DNA from: Macrostomum lignano
Lineage: Eukaryota
Length of the DNA stretch: 64,000 nt
Reading direction: 5' to 3'
Assembly (NCBI GenBank): GCA_002269645.1
Contig: NIVC01001000.1
Span: 268,326-332,325, forward strand
Shown in pieces: positions 1 through 10,662 of the stretch (the stretch's first letter is position 1; every line of letters begins with the position of its first letter). The translations under genes and the position numbers were made by a program. The notes beneath the pieces are model-generated. The model had not been told where the DNA came from. It did not search any database and was given only the letters and a program-made list of their open reading frames with translations.

Positions 1-273
1 CCAAGGGGCTTTAGCACCAAGGGGCTTTAGCACCAAGGGGCTTTAGCACCAAGGGGCTTTAGCACCAAGGGGCTTTAGCACCAAGGGGCTTTAGCACCAA
101 GGGGCTTTAGCACCAAGGGGCTTTAGCACCAAGGGGCTTTAGCACCAAGGGGCTTTAGCACCAAGGGGCTTTAGCACCAAGGGGCTTTAGCACCAAGGGG
201 CTTTAGCACCAAGGGGCTTTAGCACCAAGGGGCTTTAGCACCAAGGGGCTTTAGCACCAAGGGGCTTTAGCAC
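1..273. repeat. 16-bp minisatellite (CCAAGGGGCTTTAGCA)n, runs off the window start
   Basis: Perfect tandem copies read directly; the same unit recurs at 45583-45848. Confidence 0.97.
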
Positions 274-478
274 TGTTATGTTATGATTATGTTTATGATT
301 TTGTTATGATTATGTTATGTTATGTTATGATAGACTCATAGACTCATTCTCTGTGTGTTTGATTTATGTCTATGGACACGACTAATAAACGAGTGTTAAA
401 GAGCACTTATAACTACACAGCTGCTCTATATCCTTACAAGCATCTGGAAACATAAGACTTCTGTGTCGCAACACAACA
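274..478 (+). repeat. 5' LTR (with expanded TTATG microsatellite at its start)
   Basis: Begins TGTTATGTTATGAT like the 3' LTR, ends CA immediately before the PBS, and contains AATAAA at 384-389. Confidence 0.9.
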
Positions 479-559
479 TGGTGTCAGAGGTGCACTTGTG
501 AAGAGCTGTGGATTTGAATTGTCAAACGCAGTACTGTGCTCAACTGGATCTGGATTCAA

Positions 560-3500
560 ATGGATGGCGGGCTCAAACCCCCAAAGCCATTCTGCTTTGA
601 TGAGCACAAGGCGGAAAACTGGAGTAAATGGATTTCTGCGTTCGAGCTCTATATGACTGCAACCAAGCGTGACGAATCACTGGCTAAAGTGCAAATAGCG
701 ACACTGCTAACAGCCATCGGAGAAGAAGGTCGTGAGATTTATTCAACTTTCGAGAAATCGGAAGGAGACGAAGAGCTGTCGAAAGTGACGAAACTGTTCG
801 AAGAATATTGCAAGCCGAGTGCGAACGAAACTTTCGAGCGCTACAAATTTCGGCAACGCAGGCAGAACGAGCATGAGAGCATTGACTCATTCGTCAGCGG
901 CCTGAAACAACTTATCAAGACATGCTCATTCGAGAAGCCAGCCTACGAATTGACGGTGAACGAATCAATAATCAGAGATCAGATTGTCCTCGGAATCAGA
1001 GACACAGAGTTGCGAGAACGGCTTCTACGTGAGCAGGAGTTGACGCTAAATAAGGCTATATCTATCTGCCGTGCAAGTGAATCATCTAAGACCCAAGTGC
1101 GGATCATGACGGGAAACACCTCCGGAGAGATTTCGAAATACATCCAGAGAGAAGTCAATTCTGTTGTGAAGCCTCGCTCAACAGGCAGACCAGATCTCAA
1201 GTACAAGGAGAGACGACCGAACAAAAGGTTTGGGTCCAATGGAAAGCCGATGGTAGGAAAGTCGGAGGGTTGCTCATTCTGTGGTAAGAAACACAAGAAA
1301 GGTTCATGCCCTGCATATGGCAAGACGTGCAAATCTTGCGGAAAGCAAAACCACTTCAGCAACGTTTGTCGGAATAAGACCGTAAGAGCCTTGGATCGAA
1401 ATACAAATGAAAGCTCAGAATCTGATCGTCAAGATTCGTGGGTCATGTCAGCATCTCTGCGACCGGGTGGCAACGACAGAGACAGTAGAACAACTGTTGG
1501 TATCAAAATCGAAGGTCAGTTGGTGAATTGCAAATGCGACACAGGAGCGGACGCAAATGTACTCCCTGAACATCTGCTTAGGCGGATTGCACCAAACACG
1601 TCGATGCAAGCAACGTCTTGCAGACTCTTTTGCTATAAAAGGTCGCGCCTAACAGTCGCAGGGAAGGTACAATTGAAACTGGAATATGAAGGAGTCAAGC
1701 ATGAAAATGAATTTATTGTGATTAAAGAGAGGCTCATTCCACTCATCGGATGGAAAACTGCAGAAAAGATAGGCCTGGTGAAATTCAACTTCGGAGTTTC
1801 TGTTCAACCTGAAGGGTTTAAGTCCACGTGGACAGATGAAAGATTTCTTCGAGAATATCCCGATGTCTTTGAAGGAACAGGTTGCTTACCTGGGAGTTAT
1901 CACATCAGCCTGCGCGATGACAAAGAATCTTGGACGGATCGCCCTCGAAGAATCCCGTTTGCAGCAATGCAACCTTTGAAGGCTGAATTAGATCGCCTGG
2001 TTTCGGATGGACTCATCACCAAGTGTGATGAGCCCACGAAGTACGTTTCAAATGTGGTCGTCGTCTGGAAGGCAGACAAGACTATACGTCTTTGCCTAGA
2101 CCCTCAGCATCTGAATGCCAACATAATGAGAGAGCAGTATCAGATACCGTCTTATGACGAAATTATTGCAGAAATCGGAAACGCTGCTCTGTTCTCAACT
2201 TTTGATGCGACTGCGAGTTTTCACCAGATTGCATTGGATTATGAAAGTTCGTTGATGACGTGCTTTCACACACCTTTTGGACGATATCGTTGGCTGAGAA
2301 TGCCCTATGGAATTTGTTCCGCATCGGAAGTCTACCAGAAGCGAGTTCGGGAGGAGATCTCGGAAAAGATCAGAAACTGCAACAATTTTATTGACGACTT
2401 CATTGTTTGGGGCAAGACTGTTGAAGAACACGATGAAGCTGTGAAGCAGCTTATGGAAATGTGCCGTGCGAAGAATTTGCGCCTGAATTATAAAAAGCGG
2501 AAAGTCGGATTGAAGGAATTGAAATTCCTCGGCAACATACTTTCGCACACCGGAATTAAAGTCGACCCAGACAAAGTAAAAGCAATGCGCGATATGCCCC
2601 GACCAGATACTCTATCCGGCAATGAGAGAAAGCAGCAACTTATGCGATTTCTAGGATGTGCAAATTTTTTGTCCAAATTCATTTTGGATCTGTCATCTAA
2701 GGCAGCACCGCTACGCACATTGCTGACGAAGAATGCTCAGTGGAACTGGACAAATGAACACGAAAAAGCGTACGAATCAATTTTGCAGAGTCTTTGCGAC
2801 GCACCAGTCTTAGCTCGCTATAACCCGAATGCACCACTTACTCTGTCAGTCGATGCTAGTCAACACGGTCTCGGAGCAACTATCCTGCAAGATGGACACC
2901 CGCTGGAATACGCTTCGTCATCACTGACGCCATCCCAACGGAAGTATGCTCAGATCAAAAAGGAACTTTTGGCTATTGTGTTTGGCTGCAAGCGATTCCA
3001 CCAGTACGTCTGGGGACACAAGGTAACGGTCGAGAGCGACCACAAGCCGCTAGAGAACATCTTCCGGAAGCCAATTTCAACTCTTACAGCAAGATTGCAG
3101 AGACTGATGCTACTAGTTCAGAAGTACGACCTGCACATTATATACGTTCCCGGTAAAGACTTGCACATTCCAGACACTCTAAGCCGCGCTTTCTTAAAGA
3201 ACGTACATGCCTCTAAACAACTCGAAGATGACATCGAAGGTCACGTGCTCGGTGTTAGAATGTCGGTTGGATTCCCAGAACTGATGCAGAAACTGGAAAA
3301 TGAAACGGCAAAGGACTCAACACTGCAACAACTCGCTGAGATCATCGGTGTTGGTTGGCGTCACCACAGAAGCCAGCTCGTGACTGAGCTTCGTTGTTTC
3401 TGGAACGTCAGACATGATCTGACTGCGCATGGCAATCTGATCTGGATGAAGAACCGAATAGTCGTTCCAAACTCAATGAGAATGGAAGTGCTACAGAAGC

Positions 3501-4648
3501 TGCATACTGGACACCCTGGAATTGTGAAGGCAAGCTTAAAGGCGTCAGAGAGCGTCTACTGGCCTGGAATTAGATGTGATATTCAAGAAATGACTTCAGC
3601 GTGCATTGCCTGCCAGGAAAGCCAAAGAAAGCCACAGAAGGAACCGATGGTGGCTCAGTGCCTACCGGACTACCCATTTCAGGAATGTGGCACGGATATT
3701 TTCCATATTGACGGGAAGAATTTCCTGATATATGTTGATAAATACAGTCGGATGATCGAATACGCTAGGATCAACAATACTTCAGCTGCCTCTGTGATTC
3801 CCCAACTAAAGAAGTATTTCCAGACCTATGGAGTTTGCGAGATTTTAAGATCTGACAATGGACCTCCATTCTCGGGAAGAGAATTTGGTCGTTTCGCAAA
3901 AGAGTACGGCTTCAAGCATGCTACATCATCGCCGAAGTACAGCCAGTCCAACGGATTAGCGGAAAGAGGCGTTCAAACGATCAAGAATATTTTAAAGAAG
4001 GTTCTGAAGAGCAATGAAGGCGAGCACATGGCACTGCTGCATTACAAGAACACTCCTATCGAGCATGGAATGCCATCACCCGCTGAGCTAGTCTTTGGAC
4101 ACAAACTGTGCTATGATTTGCCGATCCCAAAAGCAGATCTAATTCCTAGACAGGTCATGTCCAGGAAAGTACTGCAGAAGCTAAAGGACCAGCAGAACAA
4201 GGCCGAAGAATATTAAAACCGTGGATCTAAGGAGAGGAGAGAATTTGGTTGTGGAGAAAAGGTTTGGATGCAAGAATCAACACGACGATGGCAGCCAGCA
4301 GAAGTGCACATGAGAGTGAATGACCGTTCTTATATAGTTCGCGATGAACAAGGAAAGCTACTACGTCGGAACAAATCGTTTTTGACTCAACGGACTGGAG
4401 CAGCAGAAGAAATCGCTGTTCCACAAAGAGAAACCCTTGAAGACGCATTCGGAAAGGAAACTACCGCACCACTGAAAGCTTCTCAAAGTCAACCGGATAA
4501 GCACGAAGCAGTGGAGGAAAATATAGGCAGCAAACCATCAGCACAAGCACCTAATGCACAACAATGTCAGTCACCTAGGACGACAAATGGCTATACAACA
4601 CGGAGTGGACGTGTGGTGAAGCCAGTCGTGCGATTTCAGGCACATTGA
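560..4648 (+). CDS. Gag-Pol polyprotein with one in-frame nonsense codon (TAA 4214-4216) in the integrase C-terminal region
   Basis: First ATG at 560 (MDGGLKPP). Cys/His knuckles (CSFCGKKH...CKSCGKQNHFSNVC), protease DTGAD, RT FIDD, RNase H (VDAS, KELLA, SDHKPL), integrase HHCC and D-D-E (TDIF, SDNG, AERG). ORF 4268-4648 is in the same frame after the TAA. Confidence 0.93.
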
Positions 4649-4735
4649 CTAATGAAAAGGTGTCAGTGTAGAACAGAACTTCCGGAAAGAGGATTTATTT
4701 TACTTACACATAGGAATCCCTCTGAAGAAGGGAGA

Positions 4736-4839
4736 TGTTATGTTATGATAGACTCATAGACTCATTCTCTGTGTGTTTGATTTATGTCTATGGACACGAC
4801 TAATAAACGAGTGTTAAAGAGCACTTATAACTACACAGC
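4736..4839 (+). repeat. Truncated 3' LTR
   Basis: Follows the PPT and matches the 5' LTR, but lacks its last ~55 nt (424-478). Confidence 0.9.
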
Positions 4840-4848
4840 GCCCCCTCT

Positions 4849-5065
4849 GCCAGCACCAAGGGGCGCCAGCACCAAGGGGCGCCAGCACCAAGGGGCGCCA
4901 GCACCAAGGGGCGCCAGCACCAAGGGGCGCCAGCACCAAGGGGCGCCAGCACCAAGGGGCGCCAGCACCAAGGGGCGCCAGCACCAAGGGGCGCCAGCAC
5001 CAAGGGGCGCCAGCACCAAGGGGCGCCAGCACCAAGAGGCCAAGGGGCGCCAGCACCAAGGGGCT
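4849..5065. repeat. 16-bp minisatellite (CCAAGGGGCGCCAGCA)n
   Basis: Tandem copies; a variant of the unit at 1-273. Confidence 0.95.
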
Positions 5066-5166
5066 AGTTAACCCAAAACCACACTGCAGACTAGCCCGAC
5101 AAACTTATCTATAATTTTCAAACGTCATTTAGCAAGAAATAATTGTAAATGCATAAAGAAACTCAC

Positions 5167-8100
5167 CTGGCAAACTGGGACAGGGCACAGCTTCGTTGCA
5201 GCTTTGGCTCTGTTGGCCAGTTTCATTTGAGCTGCAGTTCTTCATCGTATCTGGCGCCGGCTTCAACTTCGACGTGAGGCACTCGCGACTGCGTGTCTGC
5301 AGACCACCGGAGCCGCAGGTCTTTGTGCAATCGCTCCAGCTGGACCAACGAGTCCATTGCACCACAGCTGAGCAAAGAAATATAAATAGCAAATATAATA
5401 CAAAGCTACAATTTACATATGCGACTAAACTTTGAGTAGATCTTATTTCAAACACTGCTGGTACTTCCTACTCAGCGCTAAATTCGTTGGATTATTTAAA
5501 AAATTATACTTAAACTCGTTTAAGGATTCTAAAAAGCCATATTCTCACTTGATGGGTGATTTCGAATATACCACAGTTTGACTTGAATCACTTCAAATAA
5601 ACTATAATTTGACTTGTTGGGTGATTTTTTTAAGAAAAAATTATTTGACTTGAGCGATTTTTAATAAACTATAAATTGAACTGTTGGGTCATTTCTAAGA
5701 AACTATCATTTGACTGGAGTTATTTCTAAGAAACTAATTTTTTACTTGAGTGATTTCTAAGAAACTATTATTTAACTTGAGTGATTTCTAAGAAACTATT
5801 ATTTGACTTGAGTGATTTCAAGGAAACAATAAATTGAATTCTTTGGGTCCTTTTTAATAAACTATAATCTGCATTGTCGGGTCGTCTCTAAGCAAATATA
5901 ATTTGAATTATTGGTCATTTCTAAGAAACCACATTTTCAACTATTAGTGCTTTCTAGGAAATCCAACTTAAATACGTTTGGGGTGTACGGGAATTCCAGA
6001 AGTCCACGGGACTTGTCGAGCAACATTTTTATGAAACTGTTTTATGCAGTGAGAGAACATATTTCTTATGCTCTACTCATAAGCAGTACAAACAGGGCAT
6101 TTCGTTACTTTTTCAGTTTTTACTCACGTGGACACTCAATCTGATTGCACGCCCGAGTTTCCAACCATTCGCCCGGGCACAGCAATGTTTTTTGGCCGGC
6201 CGGACGCATGTCCGAGTCGCGCAGGCACTCCCGGTTGCGATTGGCAACGCCCTGATTACCGCAGGTGGCCGAGCACTCTGACCAGGCCTTCCAGGCCGAC
6301 CAATGGTAGGTCTCTGTTGGCGTTAATAGTGAATACCCAAGTCGGAGTAATAAACTATTAAACTAGTTAATAATAACACAATTTTCTTTATTCACTTCTC
6401 AATAACAAGGGGTCGTAGCCTAGTGGTCAGAGCGTCCGACTCACGACTTGAAGGTCGGGGGTTCGATTCCCAATCCCACTAAAACAATTTGTATCCTTGA
6501 GCAAGACACTTAACTCTGCATTGCTTCAGCTTAAAAGCTGTAAAATGGGTGCCAGCATTAGCTGGGGTAATTGAGGCTGTGTGGCGACCCCCCCAGTCCT
6601 TGGACTGAACAGCCGTACGCAGCCTACAGATGCGCCGTGCAATAGCTGCGGCTGAGCTGTCGGTTGCACATCTGGCCCAATTGGGTCAGGGTTAGGGTGG
6701 CCGCAGCTCTGCTACAATTTCTTCTGGTCTGCATCTCCCCAATGAGTTGTTCAACCCGATCAGCGCATACCTTCGCAAGGTGTGCCGCAGGAGCGACTTT
6801 CCACCTCCTTCTCCGACGGATTCAGTACGCTTGATCTGAACCTGAAAGTGCATCAGAAATTTAATGAGATTAACACGTAGACGCTTGAGTAACTTTGCAG
6901 TAAACTACTTTACATACCAAAGCTACTGCAAGGGGCGCTAAAGCTACTGCAAGGGGGGGGGGCACCAAAGCTACTGCAAGGGGCGCCAAAGCTACTGCAA
7001 GGGGCGCTAAAGCTACTGCAAGGGGGGAGGCACCGAAGCTACTGCAAGGGGCGCCAAAGCTACTGCAAGGGGCGCCAAAGCTACTGCAAGGGGCGCCAAA
7101 GCTACTGCAAGGGGCGCTAAAGCTACTGCAAGGGGGGGGCACCAAAGCTACTGCAAGGGGCGCCAAAGCTACTGCAAGGGGCGCTAAAGCTACTGCAAGG
7201 GGGGAGGCACCGAAGCTACTGCAAGGGGCGCCAAAGCTACTGCAAGGGGCGCCAAAGCTACTGCAAGGGGCGCCAAAGCTACTGCAAGGGGCGCCAAAGC
7301 TACTGCAAGGGGCGCCAAAGCTACTGCAAGGGGGCGCCAAAGCTACCGCAAGGGAGCGCCAAAGCTACTGCAAGGGGCGCCAAAGCTACTGCAAGGGGCG
7401 CCAAAGCTACTGCAAGGGGCGCCAAAGCTGCTGCAAGGGGCGCCAAAGCTACTGCAAGGGGTGCCAGAGCTACTGCAAGGGGTGCCAGAGCTACTGCAAG
7501 GGGTGCCAGAGCTACTGCAAGGGGCGCCAAAGCTATTGCAAGGGGGCGCCAAAGCTACTGCAAGGGGCGCTAAAGCTACTGCAAGGGGGCGCCAAAGCTA
7601 CTGCAAGGGAGCGCCAAAGCTACTGCAAGGGGCGCCAAAGCTACTGCAAGGGATGCGCCAAAGCTACTGCAAGGGGGACCCAAAGCTACTGCAAGAGGGC
7701 GCCAAAGCTACTGCACCGGCGCCAAAGCTACTGCAAGGGGGCGCCAAATCTACTGAAAGGGGGCGCCAAATCTACTGCAAGGGGGGCGCCAAAGCTACTG
7801 AAAGGGGGGCGCCAAAGCTACTGCAAGGGATGCGCCAAAGCTACTGCAAGGGGGACCCAAAGCTACTGCAAGAGGGCGCCAAAGCTACTGCACCGGCGCC
7901 AAAGCTACTGCAAGGGGGCGCCAAATCTACTGAAAGGGGGCGCCAAATCTACTGCAAGGGGGGCGCCAAAGCTACTGAAAGGGGGGCGCCAAAGCTACTC
8001 CAAGGGATGCGCCAAAGCTACTGCAAGGGAGCGCCAAAGCTACTGCAAGGGGGGGGGGGCGCCAAAGCTACTGCAAGGGGGGCGCCAAAGCTACTGAAAG

Positions 8101-8448
8101 GGGGCGCCAAAGCTACTGCAAGGGGGGCGCCAAAGCTACTGCAAGGGGCGCCAAATCTACTTAAAGGGGGCGCCAAAGCTACTGCAAGTGATGCAAGGGA
8201 TGCGCCAAAACTACTTCAAAGAGGGCAATTAAAATTGAAAGGAACCGGAGCGAGTAAAGGAGCACTCACCGAGTCTGCTTGCCATCGCCGCAGGGCAGAC
8301 TGCACTTACTCCAGCCGGACCAGTCTGTCTTAGGATTCTCATCGACTCGAGCTGTCTTTCGTTGACCACCGAAACAGGCGCTACCGATTCGGCACAGCGA
8401 AATTGTCAGCACCAAGACCGACACTGCCGCTGCAAGGTGACGATTCAT
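5167..8448 (-). CDS. G1: TSR protein with N-terminal signal peptide/anchor, at least 2 TSRs, 3' end probably beyond the window start
   Basis: Exons (minus) 8448-8270, 6841-6771, 5367-5167, all GT/AG with consistent phases 2,1,1. Splices to MNRHLAAAVSVLVLTISLC...DWSGWSKCSLPCGDGKQTR|FRSSVLNPSEKEVESRSCGTPCE|AVVQWTRWSSWSDCTKTCGSGGLQTRSRECL...CNEAVPCPSLP. The last exon ends at a GTGAGT donor. Confidence 0.75.
5555..5960. repeat. Degenerate ~31-bp AT-rich tandem repeat (GTGATTTCTAAGAAACTATTATTTGACTTGA-like)
   Basis: About a dozen diverged copies in G1 intron 2. Confidence 0.75.
6409..6690 (+). mobile_element. tRNA-derived SINE family B with CORE-like central domain
   Basis: A box TAGCCTAGTGG and B box GGTTCGATTCC, then CCTTGAGCAAGACACTTAAC...CTGTAAAATGGG resembling the MIR/CORE consensus. 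Second copy in reverse at 27607-27923. Confidence 0.75.
6905..8215. repeat. 21-bp minisatellite (AAGCTACTGCAAGGGGCGCCA)n
   Basis: Tandem array filling G1 intron 1; explains the spurious ORFs at 6870-8333. Confidence 0.95.
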
Positions 8449-8984
8449 TTGTCGAAAAACTTCGGCGGCGATCTGATAGATCTACCAATGGTTAGTTTTA
8501 ATGTTTAACTTAAATATCAGAGGCACAATATTGCAGTTATATAGGCCTGTATTTGCGTCTTTCTTCCAGATAGGTAAACAAAACAGGGTCTGGCATGGGT
8601 TGCTTGTGTGTTGAAGCCCTGTGGGGAAGTTATCAAGATAAGCGAGAAAGCGGCCAAGCCGAAAAGTGGCTCCTGCAGTCACAGTTATAAGTATAAGAAT
8701 AATTTGAACTGCAGTAGTAGCTTTGCATTGGTTATCTTTATTGCTTTAACCAGCATAAAAGCATCTAGTATTACTATCGCTAGCAGGCTTAAGACTGTGG
8801 TGAAATAATCTTGTCTTAAAAAAAGGAGTTAATATCGTACAGCAATTAGTTCAACACCATGCCTGACATGCATGGCCTACTTTGCAAAATATACTTCCAC
8901 ATTAAAGCCAGCTTTTGTACATCAGTGCCGTGATTTGAGCGTTTGTAGTTGACTGCTGCTTAGTAGGTAGCCGAGTGTGTACAA

Positions 8985-9250
8985 TCTGCTAAGCGGCCCA
9001 GGCTCATTTTCAAGTGCAGTCAAATTAATTTCGGGGCTAAATTGGTATCTCGGCTTGGCTCGGCTCGCGTAATTAACGGCCTTGATGGCCAACCCCCAAG
9101 GCACAGTGAAGTGTACATGCCTAACGATAAAATAAAGTTAGGACTGCTGTACACTCCTGTGTGAGTGTATGCCTGCTCAGGGGAGTCGGCATAATGTCAG
9201 CAATGCCTCTCGCCGGTTGTGTGTGACAATGTCGCTTAAAGTGCGCCAGG
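8985..9250 (+). mobile_element. tRNA-derived SINE family A, copy 1 (degenerate head)
   Basis: Body GGCCAACCCCCAAGGCACAGTGAAGTGTACATG...GACAATGTC shared with 9943, 25538 and 26428. Confidence 0.75.
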
Positions 9251-9284
9251 GTGCACGCAACCCCTGCCTCTAATAAAAAATTTA

Positions 9285-9553
9285 CCCAGCAACATGGAAA
9301 AGTCGCCATCACAGAAGATTCCGTCTGTGGACGCCAATTTTGAGAGCGCAGGTGAAGTCTCTCAATCTTTGCGAGTGACGCAACTTAACTACGCCTGGGC
9401 AGACTTGAGTTGAGGAATGAAGTGAAGGGAGCGGTGTGAGGGTTGGACGGATTAAAGCTACCCCGATCAGTTTTCTCGCGTCTTTTATTTCAGAATAGTC
9501 CAAGAGAAATTGCTCACTGGCGCATAGAGTGGCGGCTTTTCAGTGTTGCTGAG
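9285..9553 (+). mobile_element. ~270-bp non-autonomous derivative of the MULE element at 19297-20342
   Basis: Imperfect TIRs (CCCAGCAACATGGAAAAGTCGCCA / TGGCGGCTTTTCAGTGTTGCTGAG). Both subterminal segments match the two ends of the 19297-20342 element in reverse complement. Confidence 0.75.
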
Positions 9554-9942
9554 TATGACTCACTGAGAACAGACTTACCATATTCCGTGTATGCTTGGGA
9601 CAAAGACCACTAGAAGTTATACCGAATTCTTTTCGATACAGCATTTAACTTCTTGTGTCTCTTGGCGTTTAATTTCCTGTACAAAAACATGGTTGAACGT
9701 TTTTTAAAAGTCTGGAGTTTCCAGTAATTAACTTTTTTATTGAAACCTTGTTCGCTTTAAAAAGTAAATTATATACTTTTTATTCAGAAACTTGCTTATT
9801 TTTGGAATCCGATAGACGTATAAAATTGCTTCTGTTTCTCTCGGCAATTTCTGAGAAGTTTAGCAGAACTTGCAAATGGTAGCTAGAGAAACAATTTCAG
9901 TATTTTTAAGCAAGCAGACACCGCTACTACGTGTCGTAATGT

Positions 9943-10172
9943 CGGAATCTCGGCTTGGCTCTGCTCTTGCAATTAACGCCATTGAAGGCCAACCCCCAAG
10001 GCACAGTGAAGTGTACATGTCTAACATGAAAAAAAGTTAAGGCCGCTGTGCACTCCTGTGTGAGTGTGTGCCTGTGCGTATGACTGCGTACGTATCCGCG
10101 CTTGTGTGCCTGCTTAGGGGAGTCAGCGGAATGGGAAGTAATGCCTCTCGTCGGTTGTGCGACAATGTCACT
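9943..10172 (+). mobile_element. SINE family A, copy 2 (5'-truncated)
   Basis: Matches the family A body and lacks the tRNA-like head. Confidence 0.75.
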
Positions 10173-10662
10173 TCTCCCCCCCCCTTAATGTATGTTGCGA
10201 ACTTGTTGTCTATGGCCAAAACCTTACAAACCCGACATAAAGAAAATCAGAAGCTTTTTTCACGTTGAGATTTTCTCAAAAACAGAACCTTTTATTTTTA
10301 TTTAAAAACGTCGTTAGCTAGACAGGGACGACTTCTATGTATTAGAGCACATGTTTTGTATATAAGCCACAAAGCGGTTTATAACTTGAATACTACGTAT
10401 AAAAAAAAATAGCTTAAAGTATATAAAAAGCTTAGCACGGTTGCCTAATGCACTCGTACGCTCGTATATGCATCGTATATGGATGGGCTGTGTGTATCGA
10501 TTTCTAAAGTTAGATACTCTTACAACACCAACTCTCTTTACCATAGAGATCGCCACCACTTTAATGGCAGTATTTAGTTTAACAAAAACTCGATATCGAA
10601 ATTCAGGCCATTAGGACTCACTCTACCAGACTTCAAACGCAATTGCATCGTACACAGCAAGC

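Larger units (their letters stand above)
274..4839 (+). mobile_element. Ty3/Gypsy LTR retrotransposon, 3' LTR truncated
   Basis: 5' LTR 274-478 (TG...CA). PBS-like TGGTGTCAGAGGTG at 479-492. Gag-pol ORF. Polypurine tract GAAGAAGGGAGA at 4724-4735. 3' LTR 4736-4839 matches the 5' LTR up to ...ACTACACAGC, then breaks into a minisatellite. Domain order PR-RT-RH-IN is the Gypsy order. Confidence 0.95.

Noticed and set aside
536-559. N-terminal extension of gag-pol in the ORF track
   Set aside because: It begins at a non-ATG codon; the first ATG at 560 gives a typical MDG-LKPP gag start.
6409-6480. tRNA gene candidates (also 25790-25856, 26428-26500, 27850-27923)
   Set aside because: A and B boxes are present, but I could not form a proper acceptor stem and each runs into a shared repeat body, so they are SINE heads.
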